Shown: positions 50,941 to 64,000 of the stretch, piece by piece
Layout of the letters: the number at the start of each line of letters is the position of its first letter
Position numbering within the stretch: the stretch's first letter is position 1
Source: Felis catus
Taxonomy: Eukaryota
Length of the DNA stretch: 64,000 nt
Reading direction: 5' to 3'
Assembly: GCF_018350175.1 (NCBI RefSeq)
Contig: NC_058368.1
Location: 73,596,001-73,660,000, forward strand
The notes under the pieces: model-generated
The model's input: the letters and a program-made list of their open reading frames with translations, nothing else
Database searches by the model: none
What the model was told of the DNA's origin: nothing
Position numbers and translations under genes: made by a program

Positions 50941-53204
50941 ATTCCCAGGCTCCCATTATAAAGAGCTCACATCAGGGATGATTCTGCCATAATTTCTCCA
51001 AGAGATGGATGTGGTGTAGACAAAAACAGTATTGCTGAACTGTAACGGACAGAACGGAGGGTCCCAGTAATAGGATTTGGTTCTTACTGTGTGTGTGTGT
51101 GCTGGAGGGGAGGACGTGGAGTTGGAAAGATGGAAACCAGCCATCGCCTGAGTGGCTGGTCTTCAGCACAAAGCCTGCTTCGGATCCCCTGTCCACCTCT
51201 CTCCCCTGCTCACATGAGCTGTCGCTCTCTTAAAAATAAATAAATGTTACAAAAACCCCACAAAAACCAAACCAACACAAAACAAAAAAACCCAAAACGT
51301 ACCCAGGTGGACAGGGCACTGTGAATGGTGACAACAGTAAGCAGCAAGGGGGGTATTTGGACAGAAGGGAGGGCATGAGTTCTGCTGAGGTCTCTTGAGT
51401 TTCTGGTGCATTTCTAGCAGAAAGCTGAATGTCAGCTCCCATGCTTGTTTTCCTCTGAGTAATATTCTGGCACATCTGTCATTCTCTATATACCTGTTTG
51501 GTAGGATAATAACATTGCTGATTCACCTGGGTTTGATAGACATTCGGTAGTGGAACTTCTACTTGACCAGTTAGGTAGTATGTGGGGGGCTTATGTGGAA
51601 GCAGCTGATTTCATTAGGCACAGTTTACTATTGATTAGAGCGCTTCAGTAGGTAAGGGCTTTTCCTTCAAGTGAGCTGTAGAAGTATTGATCCTGAAGGG
51701 TGAGCTATATATCGAATCAGACATAATAATAATAGCCATCATTCGTAAGCATTGAGAGATAGGAACTTTTCTACATATGCTATCTATTATGATTTTCACA
51801 GCAATAGGAGGAGTTAGACAGGAGAGGATTTTGTTTTTACACCCATTTTACAGATGAGGAAATTGAAGATCAAGTTACAGGACTGTATCCTCTGACTTTG
51901 AAGCCTCCTGCTGGTTTTACAATTCAGCCTTTGCAGAATGGGCTGTAAATTGGAAAGGTTGACATGAGAGAATAGCCACATTCTGGTTTTCTCTGGTGCT
52001 CAGTGCAGAGTGCTACGCATCGTATGTCTTGTGCTTGGCTTGGAGTTTTATGGGCTCTATTTCCATGGGGAGGTTTTGAGCTTGGAGCCTATGAATTGGT
52101 GTACATGTGTGCTTGCTTTCTATCCACCAATTTTCTATGCCTTTTTACCTCTTTCCCTTCTTCCACTGTGTCTTCCCATACTATATTGGACACAAGGATA
52201 AAAAAGAAACCTATAATTTCTGAATGGATTCAGTTCTTTGGATTAAACTCTGAGAAGCAGTGCGTATGTGCAGTTTTCTGGAGAGAGGGTCTACAATTTT
52301 TGTTGATTCTCAGAAGAGTCCAGTTCTACCAAAATTAGGAACAACTGTAGAGAAAGAAGAGAATAGTAGGAAAAAAATGGGACTAAGTTCCTCGATGGTC
52401 AACCAAAGGGAAAATGTCCCTAATATCCTATAGTATCTTTCATATCTCTGGAATGAAATACAGATTGAACAAATCAAGCTTCCAAAGGAAGGAAGTAATT
52501 ATAATGTTCCTTACATTTGTTCATTTCTTTATAGTTTTCACAAGTCATATACCCCCATTGAAACAAACACGGAGAGGTGGCTAAGAAAGCCTGGAAGTAG
52601 ATTCTTGTCTCTTTATGCCTCTAGGCCTTAGTGCTTTCTCTTCCCTCTATTTGAAATCTTGTCTTCTTATATTCCACTTGCCGAACTCATTGTCATACTC
52701 AAGGCTGAGATCGAATGTCCCTTTTCTAGGAAGATGGCTCTTAGCTCACCCCTAGTCAGATATAATCACTTTCTAGTCCTCCTACCCAGGCTGTGTTTTC
52801 CTTGAACACCAGAACCACTCTTTTCATCTTAAAAAAAAAAAAAACCCTCTGTAGCACCTAGCATGGTGTTAGCACAAGAGGAAGATAATGTGTTTTATTT
52901 TTTCCAGTTGTGTGTGAGTAGATATCAGCAGTAACGTGTATAGTACTTAAAGGTCTTTTCACTCAAAGATTTCTGAAAACGCACGCATGAGAAATGAGTG
53001 AATAGCTGACAGGAAGAATGCGAGATTGGTTCCCTAGAGATCTGCTAGTGGTGACTGATGGGAACCCCAACATGTGCTCTTGGTGCGCAGTTTTGGAAAA
53101 CCATAGCCTGCCTAGCCATTCTTCCTCTGGCTTTAAAATTTTCTTTCTGGATAAGACCTGAACACAGTAAACTCTTGCTGGCAATGAAGAATTCACGTAC
53201 TATG

Positions 53205-53850
53205 CACTCACATTCATTCAATGAATATTTATTGAGTGCCTATTAGGTGCCAGGCATGGATCCAGTCACCGGAAGTCAAGACCAAAACACAGAAGAAAAA
53301 TCCCTCTTTTCATTGACTTTATATTCTAGTGTGAGGAGACAATAATCAGCCAATGCAACAAATAAGTAAATGAGTGTTCTAAAACACAGAGCAGTGTTAG
53401 GTGCTCTGGGAATTCTGGGCAAGAGTGGAGTGTGATTCTGTTTTAAACAGAGTGGTCAGGAGAGACCCCACGGAGAAGGTGACAGTTGTCAAGATGTGGG
53501 GTGTCTTCATTCCCGGCAGAGGGAACAGCCAGGGCAAAGGTCCTAGGGAAGGACTGTTCCAGGAGTTTCGAAGGAATAGCAGCCAGTGGGACTGGAGTGA
53601 AGTAAGCAAGGGGGAGCATCATAGGGGATGAAAGTGAAGGAGTTAGGAAGGGAGCAGGTCTGTGGGGGCACCATAACGCCATTGAGGACTTTGGCTTTTT
53701 TTTTGTGGATGAAAGAGAGAACTCTTGGAGGGTTTTGAAGAGAGGATGAATATAATTCAGCTCAGTGATTGCAGAGGCTCCCCAGGCAGCTGTGTTGAGA
53801 GCAGATGAGGGCTGAGCACTGGTGGATGAGGGGAGACGCTTCCATGAGTC
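53205..53850 (-). mobile_element. L2 remnant (similar pieces near 12530-12905, 28680-29710, 33700-34000, 44330-44505, 47600-48175, 57640-57960)
   Basis: cattcattcaatgaatatttattgagtgcctattaggtgccaggca...cagagggaacagccagggcaaaggtcct is the typical L2 3' end. Confidence 0.75.
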
Positions 53851-55068
53851 ATGCAAGGTTGAGGGGGATAGCAGTGGCGATGTGAGACGCGCCTTGATAG
53901 GCCTTACTGCAGGCTTGCCTCAGAGCCGTGCTGTGGTGAATGGTGCTTTGCTAATCCTAGTCAAATGTGGCCTGAAACTTAAGACTCAGAAATGTTCTGG
54001 AAATGCTTCTATAAAAGTATTAATATGGGGAATAATTTGGGAGGCTTTTGGATGATGACAATGCATAAGCTCCATTTAGACTAAAATCTTGCTTTGTTTT
54101 ACATGAGCCGTCTTCCTATAAAAGAGCTAGTACTGAGTCACTATACATGCTAGAAATTTAGTCATTTTGCTGTATTTCATAGGATATGTGGAAGGAATCC
54201 TTCCTGGATTTGGTCAAGAAGCATCCCATCTGAGTAATTTATTAGAGAATTTTGAAGGAGTTTAGGTGCTAAGGGACAATATATTTGGACTTTTAAAAAA
54301 GTTCTCAGCAGTGTTTTGTACACAAAGTTATTAACAATAGAAGTACATTGGGTAGGACATTGTTTACAAAATAGAAGAAGAATAGGAGAAATGAGTTTTT
54401 GTCTGGACTGAGAAATCTAAACAGTAAGATTCTCAGCAATTTCCTGAAATTTATGGTGAGGCTCACTTTGCAGAGCAGCAAGAAGCACTTTTCACGTGGG
54501 TCATATGCTTACAGAGCTCGTTACCCCACAAGCTGGTATCTGTGCATAATATCTAATACCTTAAAGTCTGAGATAAGTTATTCCGTGGTTGATAACTTTT
54601 CAGTTTGACCCAAGAGATGTAAAGATGCTTGGATGTAAGCCTCTGAGGTTGAACATTCAGACAGACCAAGAAGTTTCTACTTGGGCAACTCACAGACCAA
54701 CCTCACATTCAAGCTCACTGTTTCTTCGGACACACTCCTTATCTTGGGGAGTGGCTTCCCCTTCATCTAGAACACAGTCCCAAAGTGATGAATCCTTGGC
54801 ACTGGCTCTTCACTTAGCCAGATCCCCAGTGCTGCTGAGTCTTTCTCTTTCCCATCTCTTTCCCTTCCCTCTTTTGTGTTCTTGCTCCCACCATGTTGGG
54901 GGAAGTCCTTGTATATCTCTTCTGGAACACCTCCTAGTGTCCTGCCTAGTTTCACTGTCCCCATTCTAACCCCACCTCACGCTACCCTCAGTTCTGAAGC
55001 CAGTGTGAGGGGGCCTCTAAATGCAAATCAGATGATGACAATTGCCTCTAAAACCCCTTCATGGTTTT

Positions 55069-55270
55069 GGGGCGCTTGGGTGGCTCAGTCAGTTAAGTGT
55101 CCGACTTTAGCTCAGGTCACGATATTATGGTCCGTGAGTTGGAGCCCTGCATTGGGCTCTGTGCTGACAGCTCAGATTCTGTGTCTCCCTCTCTCTCTGA
55201 CCCTCCCCCGATCATGCTCTGTCTTTCTCTGTCTCAAAAATAAATAAACATTAAAAAAAAAAAATAAAAA
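55069..55270 (+). mobile_element. CanSINE
   Basis: TSD AAAACCC(C)TTCATGGTTT. Confidence 0.9.
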
Positions 55271-55590
55271 AAAACCCTTCATGGTTTCACATTGCCTTCC
55301 CGATAAAAATCAAATCCCTAACGTGGCAAGCCAAGTCTTCTATGGTCCAGTCCTTACCTACTTTGTCCGCCGCCCCTCTCTTAGCACTTCCTTCCTTGAG
55401 CTCCATGCCCTCATCAGCTGGAATATCTCTAGTTCCCTGTGTGTCTCCAGCACAATCACAGTGCTGTGCCTTTACACCTGCTGCTGCTTTCTCTTGCAGT
55501 CCACTGACATGCCCTGTCAGTCCCCACTCATCCTCAACATGGCAGTCTTCAAGTCACTGCCTCCAGGAAGGTCTGCCCTGACTCCACTTT

Positions 55591-55823
55591 TTTTTTTAAA
55601 AAAAAATTTTTTTTTTCAACGTTTATTTATTTTTGGGACAGAGAGAGACAGAGCATGAACGGGGGAGGGGCAGAGAGAGAGAGAGGGAGACACAGAATCG
55701 GAAACAGGCTCCAGGCTCTGAGCCATCAGCCCAGAGCCTGACGCGGGGCTCGAACTCCCAGACCGTGAGATCGTGACCTGGCTGAAGTCGGACGCTCAAC
55801 CGACTGCGCCACCCAGGCGCCCC
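55591..55823 (-). mobile_element. Young feline-type CanSINE (SINEC_Fc-like)
   Basis: TSD CTGACTCCACTTT; body very similar to the copy at 20991-21212. Confidence 0.93.
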
Positions 55824-56696
55824 CTGACTCCACTTTTGAATTAAGTGTCCCTTCTGTGTGTTTCTATAGCATTTTGTGTTTGTTGCATTTATCACAAGAG
55901 ATTGTTTTGCTACTATTGAAAGTATTAAAAAAATTCCATCAATATTCTTAAACTTTTACGAGCCCCTGATATATATGACATACTTACTGACTATTTAATG
56001 AAAGAACAAACTCAGACCTTCCATTGTACATTCCTGGGTATCACTGTCAGACACACTTGTATTTTCAGGACTTTGGGCTAGGCTTACTTGTGGAAAGCTG
56101 TTTTTGTGTTGTGATATTCTGTATAGGGGGCTGAACAGACCAAAGTCCCTTAGTAACTATATTATCCTGTATTGCATTCTGTTAACAATTCCATTTTTCC
56201 ATTTTTTTGCCTTCTCTCATCTTCATTTAGAATGTAAATATTTTATTTTTAGAATGTAAATATTTTACAAAACAGATGATGACAAAAAATATTTCACATT
56301 TGTTTACAGGAAAGAAATGAGATTGACCTGGATTTAGTCATAAAGAATACTTGAGAGCCAGCATTCTGAGTTTTTCTTCAGTGACCCAATTTAAATCGCG
56401 TTGAAAGAAGAGAGGTAAAGAAGTCTCGTTTTCATTCTGTCTCATTGCAGATAATTACAGTTTCTAGGTCTTGGTACTCAATATCACTACCAGAAAGACA
56501 TTTTGAGATTTAATTTCATTAACATGTTTTTATCACCAGATGCCATGGAAATGCTCTGTACATGGTGCTGTCTTCCAGAGTGAACTGGCCTATAGCCCTC
56601 TCACTAATGTATGATAGGAGAAATCAGGCATGCTTTATTTGCTGGCTTTCTTTTTCCTTCCATTAATCTTGATGTGTTTCAGACCTGCTCCACCTT

Positions 56697-56936
56697 ATTT
56701 TTTTTTTTTTTATTTTTTAAAAATGTTTCTTTATCTATTTTGAGAGAGAGAGAGCGAGCATGAGCACGCCCAAGTGTGGGGGAGGGGCAGAAAGAGAAGG
56801 AGAGAGAGAATCCTAAGCAGGCTCTGTTCTGTCAGCACACAGCCTGATGTGGGGCTCAGTCCCACAAACTGTGAGATCATGACCTGAGCCGAAATCAAGA
56901 GTCTGACGCTTAACTGACTGGGGCATCCAGGCACCC
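56697..56936 (-). mobile_element. CanSINE
   Basis: Typical body and T-tail. Confidence 0.88.
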
Positions 56937-59319
56937 CAACCCTCACCACTTTATGACCAGATGGTTGCAAGCCCTCTCTGACTTCCTTATGTGACAGCAT
57001 CCCTATGAGAAGGTGGGTCAGGGCCACTGTGGGCACTGGAGACCAGAAGCACTGGAGAGACAAGCTGAGGTCAAGCAAGCTGATGGCAGCACAAGTCTTG
57101 TTGGAGAGAGGGTTAGGTAAGCCATGATGGGAATGAGACTGGCAGGTCTGATCTGGCATTAGGCCACATTATGGACCCAAAACTTGATAGGCAGGTGGGA
57201 GAAAACTTCGACAGGCCTGGGAACAGCATGAAGAATACGCAGAAAGATTAGTAGCTTTGATAAGGAGCCTCTGTAGACTGAGGTCTTTCATCCAGGGCAA
57301 TTCAGATCTATTCAGCTGGCCCTGTCCCAGGTGGAGACTTACTAATCTTAAAGCTGTCTTATCTGCTAAGGAGAATCCAGTTCCCTTAAAAGGAAAGGCT
57401 TCTCCTTATCTATCTGTGTGTCTTTGGTAAGTGAATAGGAGGGGAGGAGCTCTGAACTGGACTTGGAATTCTCCCAGGGGTGTTGTCCCAGCAGATGTCA
57501 CTGGACTAGCCCTGGGAAATGGGGAGAAGGTGAGATGGGATGAGGGAGGCTGTTTGTTTTTCCTCTGTTGGGTTTCTCTGAGACCAAGTCACCATATGGA
57601 GCTAATGGGAGAGAGGTTTGGCCTAGGATGTATTGATACTTCCCAATTTCCAGATTCCCACAACTCATCCTCTGCCTCCAAATCTCTCCTGCATATAATC
57701 ATCAGATAAACCTTCCTGAAATGTGGTTTTCATGATCTCAAAAGCCTTTAATGACTTCTCAGTTTTGTGTGATAGATTCCAACCCACTTATGCGGATAGT
57801 TAAGAACCTCTACTATCTGGCCCCAACCGATCTCATTATCCCCAACCCAAATGTGGCCTCTGGAGAAGCAGGTGTACTCACTGTTCCTTGAATACTCTGC
57901 AGCCATTCCTGTCTTTATGACTTATTCGTTTTGCTATTATCCACTTAGAATGCCTTCCTTCACCTGCACAAAATGCCTTCCTTCACCCGCACCTACACAA
58001 AAGTCTAAACTAGCTTATATGGAACCCTACCTGCTCCATACAGTCTTCTCTGATTACTCTTCACCTCTCTCAGACCAGTGGGGTTCTTGGATTTCTTCCT
58101 ATAAAATCTAACTGGGTTTGGTGATTTCCGGTGAGAGAGAGTGAGTGGAAAGAAAGCCAAATATAAAAGACCAATGTGGAAGAACTGTAGTTTCCAGAAG
58201 TAAGCTGTCTAATCTTCCTCTGAGAAATGCATCTTTTGCTTTGGCCTTTTGGATATCAGATGTCTCCCTCTGTCAACATGGCACTTGTTCAAGATTCACG
58301 GGGGATATTTTTGCACCACTGACTTTGAACCGACTTCAGGGGCTCATGTGGTAGGACATCCTCAGGGCATGCTCAGTGTCTTGTGGCTATCAGTTTTCTT
58401 TCAAAGTATGCAGACACTACTTACGTAATTCTGGCCTCAAAGGTGTTTCCAGGACACTTGACTATCAGTGGAGGGCACAGATGAGAACAGGATAACTGGA
58501 GAAAAATCTGGACGTCCATACTTCAAACTCTAAAACTGCTAGCTTGAGAAAGACCCAAGATACAGAGTCTTGGGGAGTGTGGGCCAGGACGGTGCATTGA
58601 CTCTGTGATATACAATCCTCATAAAAACATGAAGAAATAATTTAGGTCTCTAGGCATGTTTGCAATGCACACTTTATGTGCATATCTCAAATGCATATCT
58701 CATATATGAATAACGGGAATCGACTAACTTTCCAAAGTGTTGAGACAGATGGACTTTGTCTAGAGGGGTCAGAAGGATCCAAATAGTTCTGAAGGCATTG
58801 TATAAATGCTTGCCTTAATGCAGCAAATGTTCCATGGGTAATACTTTCCTTCAGGGTTACATCAAATGGAAATTGAGCTGCATATTTTCTTAGCATCTTA
58901 GGCCACGATACCCTGTGTATTTAACTCAAAACTCTTTAAGCTATAATGGAACATCCTTAATGGATCATTTGGCATATGTGGTGATGCTTACATGAAACAA
59001 ACTCCTGAAAAATTTAAACTAAACCTTTTACAAGTCCCCACTAGGGAGCATAGTTGTATTGAAAGGTAATATAATTTGTGACATCAGAAGCCTTTTGTTA
59101 GTCTCTTTTAGAAAGCATTCTTCTTGCAATTCCCCTGACTTCATTTTCTTTTCTTTTCTTTTCTTTTTTTTTTAAAGAAAATTTATTATTTAATTAAATG
59201 AAACATTTTCAGATGCATTTATTTTTCCAAAAATCCCATAGGAAAGTAGTAGACTCTCATGATTTCCATCCAGCCCAAGTTACGTACAAATTATATTTTA
59301 GCCAGGTTTTCTCACGCCT

Positions 59320-59538
59320 TATTATTATTTTTTTAACGTTTATTTATTATTGAGAGACAGAGAGACACAGAGCGTGAGCAGGGGAGGGGTAGTGAGAAGG
59401 GGAGACACAGAATCCGAAGCAGGCTCCAGGCTCTGAGCTGTCAGCACAGAGCCCCATGTGGGGCTCCAACTCACAAACTGCGAGATCATGACCTGAGCCA
59501 AAGTTGGTCGCTTAATCAACTGAGCCACCCAAGCGCCC
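59320..59538 (-). mobile_element. CanSINE
   Basis: TSD TCAC(G/C)CCTTATT. Confidence 0.9.
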
Positions 59539-62074
59539 CATCACCCCTTATTTTTATACATACAGTTATATTTAGGCAGGGGTAATGGTATGGTGGGGGA
59601 GACATATGTGGAATATTCAAAGTAATTTCCATTTTAAAGAAATGTTCAGTGGCTGAGTTGTAAACATTTGGAAGAGATTTTTATTCTAACACTGTTAACT
59701 ACAATAATTAGTTAATAGACTCTGGTCCTGACATATTATTCATTAGTGTGACTGAATTTCAAAGTAAGCATTTTGTGTTACATACATGTATACATGCATT
59801 TATTTTGTTAGGGGAGAATTGGCCATGTTCTCTTTTTCATTGTTTTGAGTAGAGGTCAGTCGTTTTCAGCACAAATCTAAAAGAAGTTAGCAAGCAAATT
59901 GTCCCACATGACTCTGTATTTCTATTTGTACGAATGAGGTTTGATGAACTCCATGCCACACAGGCTTAAGTTGAAGACAAAATGCAACCCAGAGTGTTCC
60001 TGTAAAAATTTTAATGATCCATTTAGGTGATTGTAGCTGCAATTATAAAGAATATTGGAGTTCATTTTTCATTTGCTCATATATATACAGCAATTTATTT
60101 TATATACAATCTGGACACATAACTCAATAATTATGACATAGTTACCCAAAAATATCTGGGCTATGTGAATTAAAAAATGTTCTTAATAACCTTGTATTTC
60201 TTTCTGAAGAACCTATAAAAAGGAATGATTGCTTTTCAGAGAAGCGGAGGATAATCAGAGAGCCCTGAGGGGGGAAAAAAATCTCTTCTCTTGGCTTTGC
60301 TTGGGACTCATCCTTCTGCTGCCTTTCTTCTCCCCTGCCTGCTAAAGCAAACCAAGAGACTCTACTTGATTTCTGTTGGGGAGCCCAATAAGCACCCACT
60401 TTAGGATGAACCCTTATAACTTCTTACATAAGGTTCAGTTCAGTTAACACCTGGGTCAAGACTGGAATTCTTCCTCAGAGCAAGTTATTGGGTTAAGATT
60501 CTAGAGTCAGAGACCTCAGTGATCCTTTGAATGTATTTTTGTAAATAGGGCTCCCTTTAAGCCTAGAAGCCAGAGCAGATTTTCCTAAGGAATTGGTACT
60601 TTAATGGCTGCAGTCATGAGTTTATTTACCTAGCACTTAAGTAATGTTAGCCTGTGCCGGGTGCATGCAAAATGCCTTACACATAATCAACGCATTTAAT
60701 TTTCACAATGACACAAAGATACTGTGACTGTTCCCATTTCACAGATGAGTAAGTAACATGCCCAAGGTCACAAAGCTGGAAAGGGGCAAAGCCAGGATGT
60801 GCATGTTCCAGTATCTGAGCTACCATCTCAGCTGACATGATACCATTCTGAGCTCTTAAGTCACCCTTCCGGAGTCTAAATGGTTGTACACGCTGGCTGG
60901 TGTCTCTAAGCCAGTCCTGGAGGATGCTCCTCCAGAAGCATTCTGCTCTCCCAGGAGACCTCCCACAAATTCACATGACACCATTACCTTCCCCCCTTGC
61001 ACCTTACAGTCAAGTCCCAGTGAACATCTCACTGTCCCTTAACTCAGCAGACTTCCTCACCCTTCTGTGCGTCTCCACTTCTCCTCACTTCCCTCTTAGA
61101 GGATGTCTTTCCCCTCCTTGTTCATAAGGCATCTTCCTCATCACCTTTCAAGGTATTGCTCATTTCTTACCTCTTCTGACCCTTTCCACCTTTTGCCAGA
61201 CGTAGGCACAGATGTGTATACATACCCCCTTTCCCCCCAGCACTTTGCATTTGATTACGGCCATCTTGTGTCTGCTTCCAGCCTGATTTGGGGCTGAATC
61301 TAGGTTTGGGATCTGGCTCAGTAAGCACAAGAGCCTGCTAATTCTGGGCCGTTAGTGTGGGGCCCAAAGAAATCCTAGAGAATTCCTAAAGACCTGACCC
61401 CCCCTTGAACAATGGCTTGTTACCCTTCTCTATCTGACATACACCTTCTTAGATAGGTCAGCCAATCAGTTGAAACTGCTCTCACAACTATAATAAATTG
61501 TTCTGGAATTCAATCTTCCAAATACAGATATATCATGAGAGAAACCTAACTGTGCCAACTTTGAAACTAACTTGTATTTAAATAAAATTAAAAAAAAAAA
61601 GAAGAAAGACAGTGGCATTTATGGGAAGCTGACCAAAATACTAAAAACAAAAGCAAAAACAAAAATAACTAAAACATTCCACTGAGAGAATATTAATTTC
61701 ATACTAAGTATGCCTATCATATCCACATGGACACATAATATTAGAATTTCCATATGGCTGGAAATACTAAATAGTTAATAGCTTCCTTAGCAATTTGTTT
61801 CTTGTTATGACTTCTCCAGGAATCTGCAATAGTTTTGGCAAAGTGAAATAACAATCTCTTTCTATAATCATAACAATCTACAATAGTTCTTTAGTTAGCC
61901 TGGTTTTGATATTCAAAAGGTAGAGATATTAATTTCACATGCAAACAGAGGATAAGAAAATGTCAAAAAAATGAGTTTATAGGTCAAAAATATGTTATAA
62001 GAAGGTTATTAATGTTTTAAAAGATCCTTTCAGTGAGTACCCTTAAGTATACTTAGTGTTCCTAATTCCTCTCT

Positions 62075-62690
62075 TTTTCTGAAATAAAATTGACATACAT
62101 TATATTAGTTTCAGGTTTGCAACATAATGATCCGATATTTGTGTATATAGCAAAATGATCACTACAATGAGTCTAGTTAACATCCATCACCACACATAGT
62201 TATAATTTTTTTCTTATTATGAGAACTATTAAGATGTATTCTCTCAGCAACTTTCAAATATGCAGCATGGTATTATTAACTACAGTCACCATACTGTATC
62301 TCACATCCCTGTTTATTTTATAATGGGAAGTTTGTACCTTTTGACCACCTTCACCTTTTTTGTCCAACACCTGTCCCTTGCCTCTGGCAACCACAGATCT
62401 GTGCTCTGTATCCATGAGTTTGCTTTTTTGTGTGGTTTTTTTTTTTCATATTCCACAAATAAGTGAAATCACATGGTATTTGCCTTTCTCTGTCTGACTT
62501 ATTTCACTTAGCATAATGCCCTCTTGGTCCATCCATGTTTGTGCAAATGGCGAGATTACATTCTTTTTTTTTTTTTTTTGTGGCTGACTAGTTGTGCATC
62601 TACACCACATTTTCTTTATTCATTAATCCGTTGATGGACTTTTAGGATTGCTTCCACATCTTGGCGGTTGTAAATAACGCTGCAGTAAAA
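62075..62690 (-). mobile_element. Old L1 3' end fragment
   Basis: gaaataaaattgacatac...ctctggcaaccac...gtctgacttatttcacttagcataatgccctc...ttccacatcttggcggttgtaaataacgctgcagt. Confidence 0.85.
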
Positions 62691-64000
62691 CACGAGGTTG
62701 CTCTTTACTCTTTAATATGCTATGGTTACCTTTTACTTCATTGAGAAGTAAGTAGCAAGTAACTTAATAATTATAGTAGTACATAACTTAATAAAAATTG
62801 TAAGAAAAGGAAAGGAAATACAATATTTTGGGTTGAATAAGCTACCATTCTGCAAAATCTTGCCTTAAGTGGAACCTGCCATCAGAATGGTTTGTGTGCA
62901 GTGAGGATTTTCGAGGTCAGGCAGAAACCAAAGGTGCTGAGAAATGGGGGAGAGGCCCTGGTGTCGCCATAAGTGGGTCTTTCAGGTATATGTTTGTATT
63001 GTCTCATCGGGTGATGTCCACAATTGAAACAACATGAAAATTTCTCTTCTCCTTCACCCAATGTGGGGCTCTAGTTTGAGAAAAACCAAAGACAATGAAC
63101 AAGTGATCAACTATAAAGTTTTCAAAGAAAGAATATTTGGATACTGTCTGTTAAAAAAGTTACCTTTAGCTGGAGAGATTTGGATTTTATTCTTTCCCAC
63201 TTGCTAAGTGCTGTTGAGCACAATTGCTTTATGTCTTTGTCTTTTTTGTTGTTGTTTTAAGTGTTTGCTTGTAGATTCTTGTGGTTTTGATAAGGTGAGG
63301 TTTTTCAAGTAATTTGAAAAGTGGAGTGAACACATTACTTTAAAATGAAGTACACCATTTCCAAGGATGGTTGACTTTTAACTTTTACCTTGAATCGCTT
63401 CCCTATTGAATCAAACATAAACTTTTGTCAACAGATGAAATGAAGTGAAAAGGTACCTATATCCCACATGTTTCCTTTTCTGGAGAAAGAAGCACTCTTG
63501 CTGGTAACTGATGTAGTATCACAAAGAGGTTCATGCCTTTTATGTCATTTACTCAAGTTCTTGAAAATGAAATTTGTTTAGCAGCCTTTGTAAATATTCC
63601 TCTTCTACATGATAAAGACTTTCTGTGCAGTAGAAGGGAGGTCTAAATCTATTTGCTGGCACTCGTAAATTAGACATTTTGCACATATAATAAGTGCAGC
63701 CATGCAAGAGACCACCACTGATCTCAACTTGAATTATTTCATCCAGTTCCTACCTGGAAGGCTTTTTTTTTTTTTTTAATCCAGTGCAATTAATTAAGCA
63801 AACAGGAGCGACGTTGGTACTTTTGACAGATTATAAGAACAAAGGCTCTTGCGTTAGGGCTTTCATGGATCTCATAAGTAGACAGTCCTCATAAATCCTG
63901 CATAACAGATCTTTTGATTCTCCCTCAAAAGCTTTATCCTATTCCAATTGGTACTCATCACCACGGGAGGCTTGCTACTTGCAAATTTTTCTATTGCTGT

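Overview
Mammalian euchromatic DNA, very likely felid: it carries many tRNA-derived CanSINEs, including two young SINEC_Fc-type copies. The + strand holds the last three exons of ERCC5/XPG (1787-1987, 3108-3192, 4860-5450) and, 4.5 kb downstream, a complete four-exon coding region of the lysine methyltransferase METTL21E (9919/9967-9988, 20580-20743, 22130-22247, 26502-26941). The remaining ~37 kb has no recognisable gene and consists of SINEs, L1, L2, MIR, CR1, MER5A and LTR remnants, microsatellites and a few good CTCF/MEF2 motif matches. The strongest observation is a minor-spliceosome (U12) intron in ERCC5 with atypical AT...AT termini. Two different CanSINEs appear to have inserted on opposite strands at one palindromic endonuclease site, and inverted SINEs bracket the SAM-binding exon of METTL21E. 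METTL21E has an open reading frame here, whereas the human locus is annotated as a pseudogene. I found no convincing novel multi-gene system. Nearly all short ORFs in the track are repeat-derived or chance. Repeat family names come from recognition by eye, and their boundaries are approximate.
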